The notes under the pieces: model-generated
Told to the model about the DNA's origin: nothing
What the model saw: the letters and a program-made list of their open reading frames with translations, nothing else
The model's database searches: none
Part shown: positions 49,338-63,219 of the stretch, one piece after another
Numbering within the stretch: the stretch's first letter is position 1
Layout of the letters: each line of letters opens with the position of its first letter
Position numbers and translations under genes: made by a program
From: Raja brachyura
Taxonomy: Eukaryota
Direction of reading: 5' to 3'
Length of the DNA stretch: 64,000 nucleotides
Assembly (NCBI GenBank): GCA_963514005.1
Contig: OY740790.1
Span: 5,332,001-5,396,000, forward strand

Positions 49338-49620
49338 GGGTGGCGCAGCGGTAGAGTTGCTGCCACACAGCGCTGGAGACACGGGTTCAATCCTGACAAC
49401 GGGTGCTGTCTGTACAGAGTTTGTACGTTCTCCCCATGTCCCGCATGGGTTTTCTCCGGATGCTCTGGTTCCTCACACACTCCAAAGACGTACAGGTTTG
49501 TAGGATAATTGGCTTTGATAAAAAAGTCCCCAGTGTGTAGGATAGTGCAGGTATACAGGTGAATGCTGGTCGGCGTGGACTCGGTGGGCCAAAGGGCCCG
49601 TTGCCACACTGGATCTCAAA
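49338..49620 (+). mobile_element. tRNA-derived SINE (V-SINE/HE1-like), representative copy
   Basis: A-box-like GGTGGCGCAGCGGTAGAG and B-box GGTTCAATCC, core GAGTTTGTACGTTCTCCCC, and a CR1-like 3' end GGGCCAAAGGGCC.GTT. Other copies lie at ~31960, 32990-33260(-), 37575, 40030, 45258, 52895 and 59500. Confidence 0.8.
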
Positions 49621-50349
49621 ACAAAAACACTTGAGATTTAATATTGTTTGCCTTTTATTCCTTGACAGATCTAAGTATGATTAAGACAACCCCTTGTCCC
49701 TTGTGTTGATCAAATGAATGGGTGTAATTGCCTTGGGCCCTCCCCAACTGCCCTTCACTTCTGGAGTAATAGAATCAAGCTCATAACATTTGGAAACATC
49801 TTCCTTTAGTTTAGTTTCTACAAGTGGGGTTTAATTCAATGCAGATTTAACTTTCTCATGTGATGTATTATTTTGTCCATCACTCGGGTTTCATCAACGT
49901 ATTTCATTTCTTGAACTGTCAACAGTTTCATGTTGACAGCAAAGTTGGAGCTTGTGTGCATTGGCAATGTAGCTCTTTCACGTAAGCAAGACACCAGCCA
50001 GACCATGAAGGAACAGAGTGCTGGAGTAACTCACCGGGTCGAGCAGCATCTCTGGAAAACATGGGTGGGTGACGTTTTGGTTCGGGGCCCTTCTTCAGGA
50101 CTAGATATCAACGAGTTCTGGACTCACCATGACATAGAAACATCGAAAATAGATGCAGGAAATTGGCCATTCGGCCCTTCGAGCCAGCACCGCCTTTCAA
50201 TATAATCGTGGCTGATCATCCAAAATCAATACTCCGTTCCCACTATCTCACTATATCCCTTGATTCCGTTTGCCATAAGAGCCACATTCAACTCTCTCTT
50301 GAAAACATCCAGTGAATTGGCCTCCACTGCCTTCTGTGGCAGGATGATG

Positions 50350-51230
50350 AAGTAGATTTTCAAAGTCTACAGAGAGATTTGGGCCATTTGGAAAAGTGGG
50401 CTGAAAGATGGCAGATGGAGTTTAATGCTGATGTGTGAAGTGCTACATCTTGGCAGGACAAATCAAAATAGGATGCACATGGTAAATGGTAGGGAATTGA
50501 GGAATGCTGTGGAACAGAGGGATCTAGGAATAACTGTGCATAGTTCCCTGAAGGTGGAATCACATGTAGATAGGGTGGTAAAGAAAGCTTTTGGTGTGCT
50601 GGCCTTTACAAATCAGAGCATTGAATATAGGACTAGGGAAGTAATGTTAAAATTGTACAAGGCATTGGTAAGACCAATTCTGGAGTATGGTGTACAATTT
50701 TGGTCGCCTAATTATAGGAAGGATGTCAACAAAATAGAGAGAGTACATAGGAGATTTACTAGAATGTTGCATGGGTTCCAGCAACTAAGTTACAGAGAAA
50801 GGTTGAACAAGTTAGGTCTTTATTCTTTGGAGCGCAGAAGATTAAGGTCTTGATTGAGGTCTTTAAAATTATGAAAGGGATAGACAGAGTTGACGTGGAT
50901 AAGCTTTTCCCATTGAGGGTAGGGAAGATTCAAACAAGAGGGCATGACATGAGAATTAAGGGACAGAAGTTTAGGGGCAACATGAGGGGGAACTTCTTTA
51001 CTCAGAGAGTGCTGGCTATGTGGAATGAGCTTCCAGCAGAAGTGGTGGAGGCAGGATCGATTTTAACATTTAAAAGTAAAGTGTATAGGTATATGGACGG
51101 GAAGGGAATGGAGGGGTATGGTCTGAGTGCAGGTAGATGGGACTAGGGGAAAATAAATGGTCGGCACGGGCTGGAAGGGCCGAGAGGGCCTGTTTCTGTG
51201 CTGTAATTGTTATATGGTTATGTGGTTATA
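50350..51230 (+). mobile_element. CR1 3' fragment (second subfamily)
   Basis: WQMEFNA..CEVLHLG, LVRPILEYGVQFWSP, TRGH and a (GTTATAT)n tail. Confidence 0.9.
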
Positions 51231-52295
51231 AATGGCCTAACCCTTATTCTTAAACTGTGACCCCTGGTTCTGGACTCCCCCAACATCGGGAACATTGTTG
51301 CTGCATCTAGACTGTTCAATCCTTTAAGAATTTTATATGTTTCTATAAGATCCCCTCTCATTCTTCTGAATTCGAGCGAATATAAGCCCAGTCAACCCAG
51401 TCTTTCATAACATGTCAGTCCTGCCATCCCGGGAATGAACCTGGTGAACCTACGCTGCAATCCCTCAATAGCAAGAATATCCTTCCTCAAATTTGGAAAG
51501 GTACAGAAGTTTGAAAATGCACACCTCCAGATTCAGGGACAGTTTCTTCCCAGCTGTTATCAGGCAAATTAATCATCCTACCACAACCAGAGAGCAGTGA
51601 TAAACTACTATCTACCTCATTGGTGACCCTCGGACTATCCTTGATCGGACTTTGCTGGCTTTATCTTGCACTAAACGTCATTCCCTTACCATATATCTAT
51701 ACACTGTAAATATAATCATGCATTGTCTTTCTGCTGACTGTTTTCAGCACTCGACAAAAAGCTTCTCTCTGTACACGTGACAATAAACTCCACTGAACTG
51801 AGGTCCTTATATCTAACACTTGAGTCATGTTGGTTCTAACCACTGTGACGGTCATATGGTGAAGTGGTTTATTCCCTTCTGCGCCTGCCTTCCATTCGTA
51901 AGATCGCAAGTTTGTAAACCATCATAATCAGAGGTGACCTCATAATGTGCCTGGCCGGTGACCTCACAGTGAACTGCATCCGTAACCATGAGAGACAGGC
52001 TCCATTTCATCTGTCAACTTGGCAAACTGGCTCCATTTCATCTGTCAACTTGGAGTGGATACGCAATACCCCTATTGCCAGGCATAGAAAGAGCCAGCAG
52101 CTACTAGAGGTGGAAACTCTAACCTTCGCGGAGTGGATCAATAACCCAAGCAAGGAGTTGCGAGAATGCCGCGGACAAAGGACAGCGTCACGCAGACTTG
52201 TAAGATCTAAGGTAGATCTGAATCTGTTAATAGACCAAGATAAAAGGTGGAGTGACTCAGCGGGTCTTATTCTTAAACTGTGACCCCTGGTTCTT

Positions 52296-52791
52296 ACCAG
52301 GTGGGATGTAGGGGAGGGGAGTTGCAGGGGAGTGGGGGGAAGTGGTGGGGGTGTAAGGGAGGGGGGTGTAGGGAAGGGGGGGCTTGGGTGGGAGGGTTGC
52401 GGGGATAGGGGTAGGGGAGGGGGTGTATGTGGAAGTGGGTGCTGTGGGCCCCCGCTCGCAGAACACAGACCCCGCTCGCAGAACACAGACCCCGCTCACA
52501 GAACACAGACCCCACTGGCACTTTGCTCAGTGGCGCTCCTTTAGCTTTATTCTCGCGGCCCGTGATTGATTGCGGGTGCCAGAAGGGGAGTTGCCATCCT
52601 GGCGAATAAGAATCCAATAACTTTTCTAATATTTCACCGATTGGAACAAAACCTATTTGAGGCAGCAGAGGAGAATGGTGAGTAAGGTGGCTTAAAATCG
52701 TAGCGCTATGGGGGATCTTTTTTGCGCAAATTTAATTACAACGTAGACCGGAAGTGGTCAAGATGAGAGTTTTAGTAGTAGTACAGATAGA
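52296..52791 (-). mobile_element. Helitron 5' fragment with G-rich tract and 20-bp repeats
   Basis: The terminus GGAAGTGGTCAAGATGAGAGTTTTAGTAG...AGAT matches the Helitron ends at 23234 and 44997. (CCCGCTCGCAGAACACAGAC)x3 lies at 52450-52512. Confidence 0.6.
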
Positions 52792-53834
52792 TGTCCCAAA
52801 ATGGACAATTAAATTCTGACTTACGATACAATAGAACTTTATCTATCCCAGGAGGGAAATTGATCTGCCAACAGTGATAAAACACAAGGTAAAGGCGGTC
52901 ATGGTGATGCAGTGGTAGAGTTGTTGCCTTACAGCGAATGCAGCACCTGAGACCCGGGTGCTGTCTGTACGGAGTTTGTATGTTCTGCCCGTGACCTGTG
53001 TCGATTTTCTCCGAGAACTTCAGTTTCCTCCCACACTCCAAAGACGTACAGGTTTGTCGGTTAATTGGCTTTGGTAACATTGTAATTGTCCCTTGTGTGT
53101 GGAGTAGTGCCAGTGTACGGGATGATCGCTGGATAGTGTTAATGTGTGGAATTGCTGGTTGGCACGGACCTGGTGGGCCGAAGGGACTGTTTCCGTGCTG
53201 TATCTCTAAACTAAACTAAACGAGTTAATTATGGTAGTGCTTTAGGAACGTTGGACACAGAACAGCGTACAGCCGAGTCTTTAACGATGCCTCACGAGAA
53301 TAATCTATTCAGTTTTGGACTAATCATGCTTTTTTTGTTGATGGGTTGAGAAAAAGTAAATCTTCGAGGCTGGGCAAATATCCATGGGTCAGGCAAACTA
53401 GTTTAAATTGGACAAGTTGCATCTTCACTTCAAATTAAATAAATTGGCTTGTTTAACCGTTGCTTAATCTTCAATATGAACTCGTTTACAGCATCTGCAG
53501 ACTCCTGTTAATTAAAAATTATTTTAAAATAGGGTTCGACATTGTCAAAGCTTCACTTGTAAACCCAACATTTTGCATCTTTGAACCATGAATTGGAGAC
53601 CCAAAAATCTGTGTCGAATTGGTTATCAAAATTACCAAGTGCTCCCGGAATGACACCAGCTCTTGGGGACATTTTCATTATAATTCTTCACTTTTCCTTC
53701 AAATTCGATTTTTTTTAAAAAAAGGTTCAGCTTGTGAACTTTAAGCAGCCTTTTTATTTTAAATATCCTTCGCAGACTCTGTAGGCTGAAGGCCCTGTTT
53801 CTGCACCGCATCTCTAAAACTAAAACTAAACTTA

Positions 53835-56605
53835 CACGAGGGCCAGGGGTGGGAACTGAATATTCAAGGGTATACCTCCTATCGAAAAGACAGACAGGTG
53901 GGCAGTGGGGGTGGGGTAGCTCTGTTGGTGAGGAATGAAATTCAGTCCCTTGCAAGGGTTGACATTGAAACAGGAGATGTGGATTCATTATGGATGGAAC
54001 TAAGGAATTGTAAGGGTAAAAAGACCCTAATGGAACTTAACTACAAGCCTCCAAACAGTAGCCTGGATCTAGGGTGCAAGTTAAATCAGGAGTTAAAATT
54101 GGCATGTAGTAAATGTAATGCTATGGTTGTTATGGGAGATTTCAACATGCAAATAGACTAGGAAAATCAGGTTGGAACTGGACCCCAGAAAGGGAGTTTG
54201 TGGAGTGCCTCCTTGATGCATACTTAGAGGAGCTTGTATTGGAGCCTACCCGGGAGAAGGCAATTCTGGATTTAATGCTATGTAATGAACCGGATTTGAT
54301 AAAGGAACTTGAGGTTCAGGAGCCATTAGGAGGCCGTGACCAGAATATGGTCAAGTTTAATCTACAATTGGAGAGGGAGAAGGGTAAATCAGAGGTGTCA
54401 GTGAATAAAGGGGACTATGGAGCCATGAGGGAGGAGCTGGCCAAAGTTGACTGGAAAGATACCCTAGCAGGGATGACAGTGGAACAACAATGGCAGGTGT
54501 TTCTGGGAATAATACAGAAGGTGCAGGATCAGTTAATTCCAAAGAGGAAGAAAGATTCCAAGGGGAGTAAGGGGCAACAATGGCTGACAAGGGACGTCAT
54601 GGACAGTTTAAAAATAAAAGAGAAGCACTACATAGCAAAGGTGAGTGGGAAGCAGGTGGATTGGGTAATGTTTAAGGAGCAACAGAAGATGACTAAAAAG
54701 GCAATATGGGGAGAAAAGATGAGGTACAAAGGTAAGCTAGCCAAGAATATAAAGGAGGAGAGTAAAAGCTTCTTTAGGTATCTGAAGATGAAAAAAATAG
54801 TTAAGACCAAAGTTCGACCCTTGAAGACTGAAAAAGGTGAATTTATTATGGGGAACAAGGAAATGGCAGATGAGTTGAACAGGTACTTTGGATCCGTCTT
54901 CACTAAGAAGGACACAAACAATCTTCCTGATATAGTAGTGGCCAGAGGATCTGGGATGACGGAGGAACTGAAGGAAATCCACATTAGGCAGGAAATGGTG
55001 TTGGGTGGACTGATGGGACTGAAGGCTGATAAATTCCCAGGGCACTTGAGGAAGTGGATCTAGAAATCATGGACCCATTGGTGATCATTTTCCAATGTTC
55101 TATAGATTCAGGATCAGTTCCTGTTGATTGGAGGGTAGTTAATTTTCTCCCACTTTTTAAGAAAGGCGGGAGAGAGAAAACAGGGAATTATAGACTAGTT
55201 AAGGGCCTGCCCCACTTTCACGACCTTTGCCGAGTTTGCCCTTGACTCATACTCGCAGCATGGTCATCATGAGGCCGTAGGAGGTTGTAAGTAGGTCGTA
55301 GCCATGATGCTTGTCAAAGGTACTCATGGCGTCAAGTAGGTCGGGGTTTTTTTCTAACATTATGAAAAATATTCACAAGTAAAAAAGGTCGTAAATTAAG
55401 TCGTGAAAGTGGGACAAGCCCTTTAGCCTGACAACAGTGGTGGGGAAGATGCTGGAGTCAAATATAAAAGATGAAATAGCAGCATTTGAATAGCAGAAAC
55501 TGGATCGGTCAGAGTCAGCATGAATTTACGAAGGGGAAATCATGCTCAACTAATCTTCTGGAATTTTTTCAGGGTGTATCTAGGAAAATGGACAAGGGAG
55601 AGCCAGTGGATATAGTGTACCTGGACTTTCAGAAAGCATTTGATAAGGTCCCACATAGGAGATTAGTGGGCAAAATTAGGGCACATGGTATTGGGGGTAG
55701 AGTGTTGACATGGATAGAAAATTGGTTGGCGGACAGGAAACAAAGAGTAGGGATCAACGGGTCCCTTTCAGAATGGCAGGCAGTGACTAGTGGGGTACCA
55801 CAAAGCTCGGTACTGGGACTGCAGCAATTTACAAAATACATTAACGATTTAGATGAAAGGATTCAAAGTAACATGAGCAAATTTGCAGATGACACAAAGC
55901 TGGGTGACAGTGTGAACTGTGAAGAAGATGCTATGAGAATGCAGGGTGACTTGGACAGGTTGGGTGGGTGAGCAGATGCATGGCACATGCAGTTTAATGT
56001 GGATAAATGTGTGGTTATCCACTTTGGTAGTAAAAACAGGAAGGCAGATTATTATTGACTTAATGGTGTCAAGTTGGGGAAAGGGGAAGTACAATGGTCA
56101 ATGAAAGTAAGCATGCAAGTACAGCAGGCAGAGAAGAAAGTGAATGGCATGTTGGCCTTCATAACAAGAGGAGTTGAGTATAGGAGCAAATAGGTCATTC
56201 TGGCTTTTGAGGGAGTGCAGCATAGGTTTACAAGTTTAATTCCCGGGATGGCGGGACTGTCATATGCTGAGAGAATGGAGCGGCTGGGCTTGTATACTTT
56301 GGAGTTAAGAAGGATGAGAGGATATCTTATTGAAACATATAAGATTATTAAGGATTTGGAGACTCTAGAGGCAGGAAACATGTTCCCGATGTTGGGGGAG
56401 TCCTGAATCGGGGGCCACAGTTTAAAGTTAAGGGGTAACCATTTAGAACGGAGATGAGGAAACACTTCTTCACACAGAGAGTTGTGAGTCTGTGGAATTC
56501 TCTGCCTTAGAGGGCAGTGGAGGTCGGTTCTCCGGATACTTTCAAGAGACTGCTAGATAGGGCTCTTAAAGATAGCGGAGCCAAGGGATATGGGGTAAGG
56601 CATGA
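53835..56605 (+). mobile_element. CR1 LINE ORF2, near full length but decayed (endonuclease and RT)
   Basis: GGGVALLV, MGDFN, PTRE.AILDL, QHEF..GKSC, YLDFQKAFDKVPH and FADDTKL, with multiple stops and deletions. Confidence 0.93.
55202..55422. mobile_element. Harbinger/PIF-type MITE nested in CR1
   Basis: It interrupts the CR1 sequence AGTTA|GCCTGAC with a TTA duplication (55199-55201 and 55423-55425). TIRs are AGGGCCTGCCCCACTTTCACGAC and GTCGTGAAAGTGGGACAAGCCCT. Confidence 0.88.
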
Positions 56606-56606
56606 A

Positions 56607-57030
56607 CAGTACCCGGACGTGGCGTTGAAGGATGAGAAGCCGAAGCAAAGAAGTGAAAGCCAAATAACCGACCGGAAACAAAGCCGAAACGCCAACTAAC
56701 TGAAAGGGTGGGACGCCTAAAAGCAAAGTAACCAAACGGACATGACGCCGCTGGGAGGGGCGGGACAGGACTGTACAACTTGGAGCTCGGGATCAGAGTG
56801 CCCAGTCACCTATGGCTTGTGTGGGAACATGACCCCCCACCCTCCCGCCCAGTGATGTGATGGACGCGGGGTTCTGGACCAATCGCTGACAAGTCCCGCT
56901 CCACCCTGGCCGTTATATGACTTTTCGCAGAGCGGCCATTCGGTGAGTTGGCGTTTCGGCAGAGCGACCTTTCGGTGAGTTTGATTTGAGGCGTCCCGCC
57001 CTTTCGGTGTGTTTGCTTTTAGGCAGGAAA
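56607..57030. mobile_element. Foldback/MITE-like element with CCGAA and TTCGG subterminal repeats
   Basis: GCCGAAACGCCAACT at ~56682 is the reverse complement of AGTTGGCGTTTCGGC at ~56946. The superfamily is not determined. Confidence 0.45.
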
Positions 57031-59644
57031 TCAAATCTGAAATTCAGGGGTCTGAACAAGGGCCTTGACCTGAAACGTCACCTACTCTAGCATTTTGTGA
57101 CTATCTTAAATGTAGAACAAGATGGGGGAAAATGGGCTGGAAGAGAGATTCGGAATAAGATGCAATATATCAAATTCCCATCTACAGTGGATCAGTTCTT
57201 CTCATTAGTTGGTGTTTAGTTTGCACACAGTCTGTTTTGGAGAACTTGGAGAACTTGGAGAACTTGTTTTGTCCCTCATTTTCCTCCTGCAGTCGGGGCA
57301 GTTGAACCATCTGTTGGGGCAATCGGAGCTCCCGCAGCCGACGGTCGAAGCCCCCGCATCAGGACAATCAAAGCTCCCGCGTTGGGGCGATCCAAGCTCC
57401 TGCGGCTTGGAGATCCCGATGTCTGTCTCTGACCAGAGACCGCGGGCTCCGCGATGTTAAGCCCCGCTGGCTGCTGTGGTGGAGCCGCCCTGTAATGAGC
57501 CATGTTCTCTTGCCAGATAAATAAATACCTCCCGGCCAAATGATCTTTGGGTCAAACATCGAATTTGGCAGAATAACTGCATTAATTTGTTCAACTTGTG
57601 TGTGTTTGCCACTCTGTAGCAACAATGTGCCGAGACAAGTCACACATCCACAATTCCCAGGAAGAGCATGGTAAAGCGGCTCAGCCGGTGAGTAGAATAA
57701 AATATCACTGCATCTGGTTAACCCAGAGAGCACGGTCCCTCATTGATGTGTGGGAAGAAGCAGAACTATCGATGTTAGTTTAAACTGAAGATAGACACAA
57801 AAAGCTGGAATAACTCAGTGGGTCAGGCAGCATCTGTGGAGAAAAGGAATGGGTGAAGCTTAGGATTGGGACCCTTCTTCAGACTGAGAGTCAGGGATGA
57901 GGGAGACAAAATATATGGAAGACATTTGAAAGCAGACGATGATCAAGGTATCGTAGATTGGTTCATTCAAAGGTAGACACAAAATGCTGGAGTAACTCAG
58001 CGGGACAGGCAGCATCTCTGGAGAGAAGGAATGGGTGACATTTTGGGTCGAGACCCTTCTGCAGACTAGAATGATTCAATGTTGGCGGGGGAGAAGATGA
58101 CAACAAGGCATACAATCAGTAAAATTAATCAGGGCAGTGTATTCAGACCCGAAACGTCACCTGCCCTTTTTCTCCAGAGATGCTGTCTGTCCCGCTGAGT
58201 TCCTCCAGCCTTTTGTGTCTATCTTTAGTTTTTCATTGATCTTTGACATTGCCCTCCATGGTGAGTAGAGCCTTTTGGTTCCAGAGCCTTTCTGGATTAT
58301 CCTTCGAGACTTTACTGGAGAACCTACCTGATCTCCCGGTTGCTCAACACTTAATTCCCCTCCCATTCCCACATTGACCTTTCTGTCCTGGGCCTCCTCC
58401 ATTGCCAGAGTGAGGCCCAGTGGTTTGGGCCATCAATTTCAAATTAGCTTCCTTGAAGTTGATGCCAGGAGATCTGTTTAAAGAAGATTAAATAATTGAG
58501 TAGGTTTAGCATGAGCATTGGCTGCAGCTCACTGCATTGGTCATAATTATCAATGTTGGATACATGTAAACATGTATGACTCCAGAGGCCTGACATTAGG
58601 GTGGTTGGAGGTACCCAGTTGTCTCAGACTGGTTTCACAATTGCTGCTAGTCAGAGAGTGGTGATTGTGTGGTATTCTTTGCCACAGAAGGCTGTGGAGG
58701 CCATCAATGGATATTTCAAAGCCAGGGATAAATAGATTTTTGTTTAAGAAAGAAACTGCAGATGCTGGAAAAATCGAAGGTAGACAAAAATGCTGGAGCA
58801 ACACAGCGGGTGAGGCATAATCTATGGAGAGAAGGAATAGGCGACATTTCAGGTCGAGACCCTTCTTCAGACTGACATAGATGGATAGATTTTTGATTAG
58901 TGCGGGTGTCAGGGGTTATGTGGAGAAGGCAGGAGAACTGGGTTAGGAGGGAGGGATAGATCAGCCATGATTGAATGGCGGAGTGGACTTGATGGGCCGC
59001 ATGGCCTAATTCTGCTCCTATCACTTATTAACTTATGAACAGCACCTCAAATTTTGCTTGGGCAGCTTACACCCCAGTAGTATGAACATTGACTTCTCTA
59101 ACTTCAAGTAGCCCTTGCTTTCCCTCTCTCTCCAACACTCCCCCTTCCCAATTCTCCCACTAATCTTACTGTTTCTGGCTACATTTTATCTCTGTGCCTC
59201 CCACTCCCCAGTCTGAAGATGGGTCTCAACCCAAAACATCACCCATTCCTTCTCTCCAGAGATGTTGCCCGTCCCGCTGAGTTACTCAAGCATTTTGTGT
59301 CTTTACTTTGACTTAAAAGACATTTTGACGTACGGAAATAGGAAAGGTTGAGAGGGATATGGTCTAAATGCAGAGATGCTGCCCATCCCGCTGAGTTACT
59401 CCACCATTTTGTGTCTTATCTTCGATTCAAGAGCCATTTTGACAGGTACGGAAATAGGAAAGGTTGAGAGGGATATGGGCCAAGTGCAGGCAGGTGGGAC
59501 TAGAGTTTGTACGTTCTCTCTGTGACTGCATGGGTTTTCTCCGGGTGCTCCGATTTCCTCCCGCATTGCCGCAGGTGTGTAGGTTAATTCTGAAAATTGC
59601 CCCCAGTGAGTAGGATTGACCTAGTGTACAGGTGATCGCTGGTC

Positions 59645-60135
59645 AACATAGAAACATAGAAAAATAGGTGCAGGAGTAGGCCATTCGGCCCTTTGAGCCT
59701 GTACCGCCATTCAATATGATCATGGCTGATCATCCAACTCAGTATCCCGTACCTGCCTTCTCTCCATACCCCCTGATCCCTTTAGCCACAAGAGCCACAT
59801 CCAACTCCCTTTTGAATATAGCCAATGAACTGTCCTCAACGACCTTCTGTGGCAGAGAATTCCAGAGACTCACCACTCTCTGTGTAAAGAATGTTTTCCT
59901 CATCTCAGTCCTAAAGGAATTCCCCCTTATCCTTAGACTGTGACCCCTTGTTCTGGACTCCCCCAACATCGGGAACAATCTTCCTGCACCTAGCTTGTCC
60001 AACCCTTTAGGAATTTTGTAAGTTTCTTCAAGATCCCCCCTCAATCTTCTAAATTCCAGTGAGTACAAGCTGAGTCTATCCTTGTCATGACATCCCAGGA
60101 ATCAGTCTGGTGAACTTTCTCTGAACCCCCTCTAT
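59645..60135 (-). mobile_element. CR1 3' fragment inserted in a SINE
   Basis: YSLEFRRLRGDL..TYKI, SRTRGHSL and an (ACATAGAA)n tail. The SINE resumes at ~60140. Confidence 0.88.
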
Positions 60136-60613
60136 AGCAACGCGTACTTAGTGGGCCGAACGGCCTGTTTCCATGCTGTATCTCTAAAGGAAGCTTCTAT
60201 GGAATGACAGTGTATCATTTCGCCACGTTGAGCAATATTCTCTGTAACCTGGACATCACCACAATCCCATTTACTTGTCCATCATATGTTAACACCACAG
60301 TTAACATTGAACCCTCACTCATAAGTTACAGGAGCAGAATTAGGCCATTCGGCCCATCAGGTCTACTCCACCATTCAATTATGGCTGATCAATCTTTCAC
60401 TCTCAACCCCATTCTCCTGCTTTCTCCCTATAACCCCTGACACTCGTTCTAATGAAGAATCTATCTATCTCTGCCTAAAAAATATCCAATGAGTTGGCCT
60501 CCACAGCTGCCTGTGGCAATGGATTCCACAGATTCACCACCTTCTGGCAAAGGACATTCCTCCTCATCTCCTTCTTAAAGGAATGTCCTTTAATTCTGAG
60601 GCTCTGGTTTCGA

Positions 60614-60918
60614 CTAGGGGTTGCCAACCTTTTTCATCCCTTTTACCCCTGGCAAATTTAATAACATTTATTTAATTTCACTTATTTCTGAACAACTAAT
60701 GATGAACAGATACCGTTATACCAGAACCAAACACGTCAGTCAATGAGAAGAAATATGTACAAATCCAGAATCAACAAATGTACCCCCTGGGTAGGTGAAA
60801 TTCACCCTATGGGTAAGGTGGTGAATCTGTGGAATCCATTGCCACAGGCAGCTGTGGAGGCCAACTCATTGGAAATGCACCCTCTGGGGGTAAATTCACC
60901 CCAGGTTGGGAACCCTTG
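60614..60918. mobile_element. hAT/Charlie-like MITE (related partial copy at ~30165-30365)
   Basis: TAGGGGTTGCCAACCT...AGGTTGGGAACCCTTG TIRs, inserted at a TCTAGAC-like site of a CR1 3' UTR. Confidence 0.6.
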
Positions 60919-61824
60919 TCTGAGACTCTCCCATGAGTGGAAACATCCTCTCCACATCCACGCTGTCCAAACCTTGCACTATTTGGTGCATTTCAATGAA
61001 CTCCAGTGAGTACAGGCCCACTGCTGTCATAAATGCTCATCATAGGTTAACTCACTCATTCCTGGGATCATTCTCGTAAACTTCCTCTGGACCCTCTCCA
61101 GAGGCAGCACATCTTTCCTCAGATATGGTGTACAAAATTGCTTGCAATACTCCAAATGTAGCCTGACCAGCACCTTATAGAGCCTCAGCATTACATCCCC
61201 GTTTTTGTACACTAGCCCTGTTGAAATAAATGCTAGCATTGTGTTTGCCTTCTTTATTACCGATTTGTCTTGCCCATTACCTTTTTGGGAATCCTGCACC
61301 AGCGCTCCCAAGTCCCTTTGTACCTCTGATTTCTGGATTCTCACCTCATTTAGAAATTAGTCTATGCCTTTTTTCCCATTCATCTTTCTCTCAAACTGTG
61401 TTTTATACCATCCCTTGAACTCCAGTTTTTAAACATCTGTTCATTATTCACTCTGCCATAATTTGTTTCTAGCATCCTTATCCATCTCAAGTAGCTCCTA
61501 TCCCCCACATATGCTGAGTCCTCCTTAGTCCTCCTTAGTTTAGTTTTAGAGATACAGCGTGGAAGCAGGCCCTTCGGCCCACTGAGTCCATGCTGACCAA
61601 TGATCACCATAGTTCTATGTTATTCTACACACTCGGGGACAATTCAATGAAGCCAATTAGCATCAGAGCTGCTGCCTCACAGTGCCAGACACCCGGGTCA
61701 GTTTAATTTATTGTCACGTGTACCAAGCTATAGTGAAAACCTTTTTGTTGCGTGCTATCCAGTCAGCGGAAAGACAATACATGATTACATTCGAGCCATT
61801 TACCGAGTACAGATGCATGGCTCT

Positions 61825-62185
61825 TCTTAAGGGGTTGGACAGGCTAGATGCAGGAAGATTGTTCCCGATGTTGGGGAACTCCAGAACAAGGGGTCACAGT
61901 TTAAGGATAAGGGGGAAGTCTTTTAGAACCGAGATGAGAAGATCATTTCTTCTGGTGGTGAATCTGTGGAATTCTCTGCCACAGAAGGTAGTTGAGGCCA
62001 GTTAATTGGCTATATTTAAGAGGGAGTTAGATGTGGCCCTTGTGGCTAAAGGGATCAGGGGGCATGGAGAGAAGGCAGGTACAGGACACTGAGTTGGATG
62101 ATTAGCCATGATCATATTGAATGGTGGTGCAGGCTCGAAGGGCCGAATGGCCTACCCCTGCACCTATTTTCTATGATTCTATGAT
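61825..62185 (+). mobile_element. CR1 3' end fragment
   Basis: GLDRLDAGRLFPMLG.SRTRGHSL and a TTCTATG tail; same subfamily as 1-1520. Confidence 0.88.
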
Positions 62186-62221
62186 AAGGGAATAATGTTT
62201 AGTGCAAGATAAAGCCAGTAA

Positions 62222-62958
62222 CAAAGGAGGTCATCGTCGACTTCAGGAAAAACCGGCACAGTCCCATACCACTTCACATCAATGACAGCGATGTGGAGGT
62301 GGTCAGTAGCACGAAGTTCCTAGGGGTGCAGATCACTAACAGTCTGACCTGGTCGAATAACATCTCATCAACAGTTAAGAGAGCGCAGCAGCATTTGCAC
62401 TTTCTGCGCCGGATGAGAAGAGCTCATCTCCCCCATCCCATCCTCACCACTTTCTACAGGGGCACCATAGAGAGTATATTGACCAGCTGTATCTCTGTCT
62501 GGTTTGGGGACTGTAAAGCCTCCGACTGGAAGTCCGTGCAGAGAGTGGTGAGGACAGCGGAAAAAATCATCGGGACCTCTCTCCCCTCAATCGGGGATAT
62601 TGCGACCAAACGTTGCGTGTCTAAGGCCAGCAGTATTATAAAAGACCCCACACATCTCCATCACGGACTGTTCACTCTGCTGCCCTCGGGCAAAAGATAT
62701 CGTAGCATAAGGAGCAGAACATCAAGGTTCTGCAACAGCTTCTTCCCACGAGCCATCAGACTCCTGAATGCCATGTAATGGGCTGCCACCATTGTCTATT
62801 TATCCTTTTATCCTTTTTATCCATTTTATCCATGTTTATCCTTCTGTTAATTATCGCGTTGCACAGGGAGCCAAATGCAATGGAATTTCGTTTGGAACTG
62901 CATATATAGATGTATTTCTAAATGACAATAAAGTTTGTTTGACTTTGACTTTGACTTG
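62222..62958 (+). mobile_element. Rex1/Babar-clade LINE 3' fragment
   Basis: TKE.IVDFR, KFLGVQI...LTW, FYRGTIESILT.CI.VW, LLPSGKRYRS and SFFP.AIRLLN, then AATAAA and a (TTTGAC)n tail. Confidence 0.88.
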
Positions 62959-63219
62959 TAAAGTCCAATCACGGATAGACCAAGGACCATCAATGAGGTA
63001 GATAGTAGTTCAGCATTGCTCTCTTGTTGGGGTAGGATAGTACAGTTGGCTGATAGCAGCTGGAAAGAAACTGTCTCTGAATCTGTGCATTTTCACACTT
63101 CTATACATTTTGCCTGATGGGAGAGGGGAAAAGAGGGAGTGGCCAGGGAGTGGCTTGTCCTTGATTATGCTGCTGGCCTTGCCAAGGCTGGGGATGAGTT
63201 TGATGCTGACCTCGAGTGC

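Noticed and set aside
49338-49400. tRNA gene
   Set aside because: The A/B boxes continue into a SINE body present in many decayed copies, and there is no complete cloverleaf.
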